Below, piece by piece: positions 63,171 through 64,000 of a DNA stretch of 64,000 nt (its first letter is position 1; each line of letters opens with the position of its first letter). The position numbers were made by a program, and so were the translations under genes. Origin of the DNA: Hormiphora californensis (lineage: Eukaryota; Animalia; Ctenophora); assembly GCA_020137815.1 (NCBI GenBank), contig CM035358.1:3472001-3536000 (forward strand), given 5' to 3'. Under the pieces are notes generated by a model. That model was not told where the DNA came from and made no database searches. It saw only the letters and a program-made list of their open reading frames with translations.

Positions 63171-64000
63171 TTAATAAGTTATCATTATATTAACGCATAT
63201 CATAATATTCACACATACAAAGAAGCGATTAGCGACCCAAAAGCCCTCTTCAAAAACTTGAATAGTCAAAATGTCACTTTGATATAAATCCCAGACAATT
63301 ATCACGAATAACTGGCACGCTTTACCAGGGGCAGCACGGTTCCGTCCAATGTGTTCACTGCTCAATCACATATTATATCAAGCAATAACAGCTGGTAGCA
63401 GGAAGCCCATCCTGTGTAAAAAGACTTAGGACAATATTAGTTGGTAATAGGACATAAAACTGTATTTGTGAGCAGTTAATACTACTGTAAGGGTAACGCC
63501 CTCACCGAGTGACACGAAATGACGGTGGTGTTCGGATTATGATATCTGAGTAAGAAACGTGGTTAGTATTTCGGCTTGGTACGCACTGATCACACACATG
63601 CAGGGGTATATCTGAGGGGTATTACACCTAGATACCGGGACCTATAACGGGGCTTATACCGGGGCATGTAACAGAAATTATAACGGGACAAATAAACCCT
63701 ATAGCCATGCCTGCTATTCTATCAGTTGGTTACGAAGTCACCCCTCGCGCGGAGGGATAATTTCATTACCAATTCTATCAGCAAGTTGGAACATGCTCAA
63801 CTGTTCAAACCTTTACGTACCGATTGCCTCTCTGTAAAAGGTGACATAACCATTAAAACTGATATAGTTAACGGTACTCCAATCTGGGCATGCAGGGGGG
63901 AATTCAATCACCCCCAGTAGAACACCGTTGTGTTCAAGTATCATGGCATTCTGTCTCATTGTAATCTTCCATACAGTTTCATTCACTGGTTGTTTTGTCT

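Noticed and set aside
63180-64000. Short ORFs at the right end
   Set aside because: No recognisable motifs or reliable splice context.

Overview
Eukaryotic (animal) genomic DNA with GT-AG introns, many (GA/CT)n microsatellites and a very high load of fold-back/MITE elements. The 109-bp repeat that translates as QEPTETSKQPIRTRYLGHVTGYQPIRDQYF is one I recall from ctenophore (Pleurobrachia) gene models; that attribution is from memory, not a search. Gene models were spliced by hand: two duplicated secreted F-lectin-like genes, the 5' part of PRPF38B, a coiled-coil gene, a TESK-like kinase, a secreted nucleoredoxin/tryparedoxin-like gene, a 24-kb KDM4-like JmjN/JmjC demethylase, an SVOP-like MFS transporter, ALG9 and an ankyrin-repeat gene. 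The KDM4 introns carry a head-to-head pair of ankyrin-TRP channel genes with near-identical patches, an intact RTE-type LINE and a 3.35-kb nested Chapaev-type fold-back. Other points of interest: a TA-flanked perfect hairpin made of two back-to-back tRNA 3' portions, an hAT-type MITE carrying CCAAT-GTCACGTGAC-CCAAT that repeatedly sits just downstream of splice donors, a minisatellite that multiplies a splice donor, and an operon-like ALG9-SVOP-KDM4 run. Several +1 frameshifts in conserved genes most likely reflect assembly errors.
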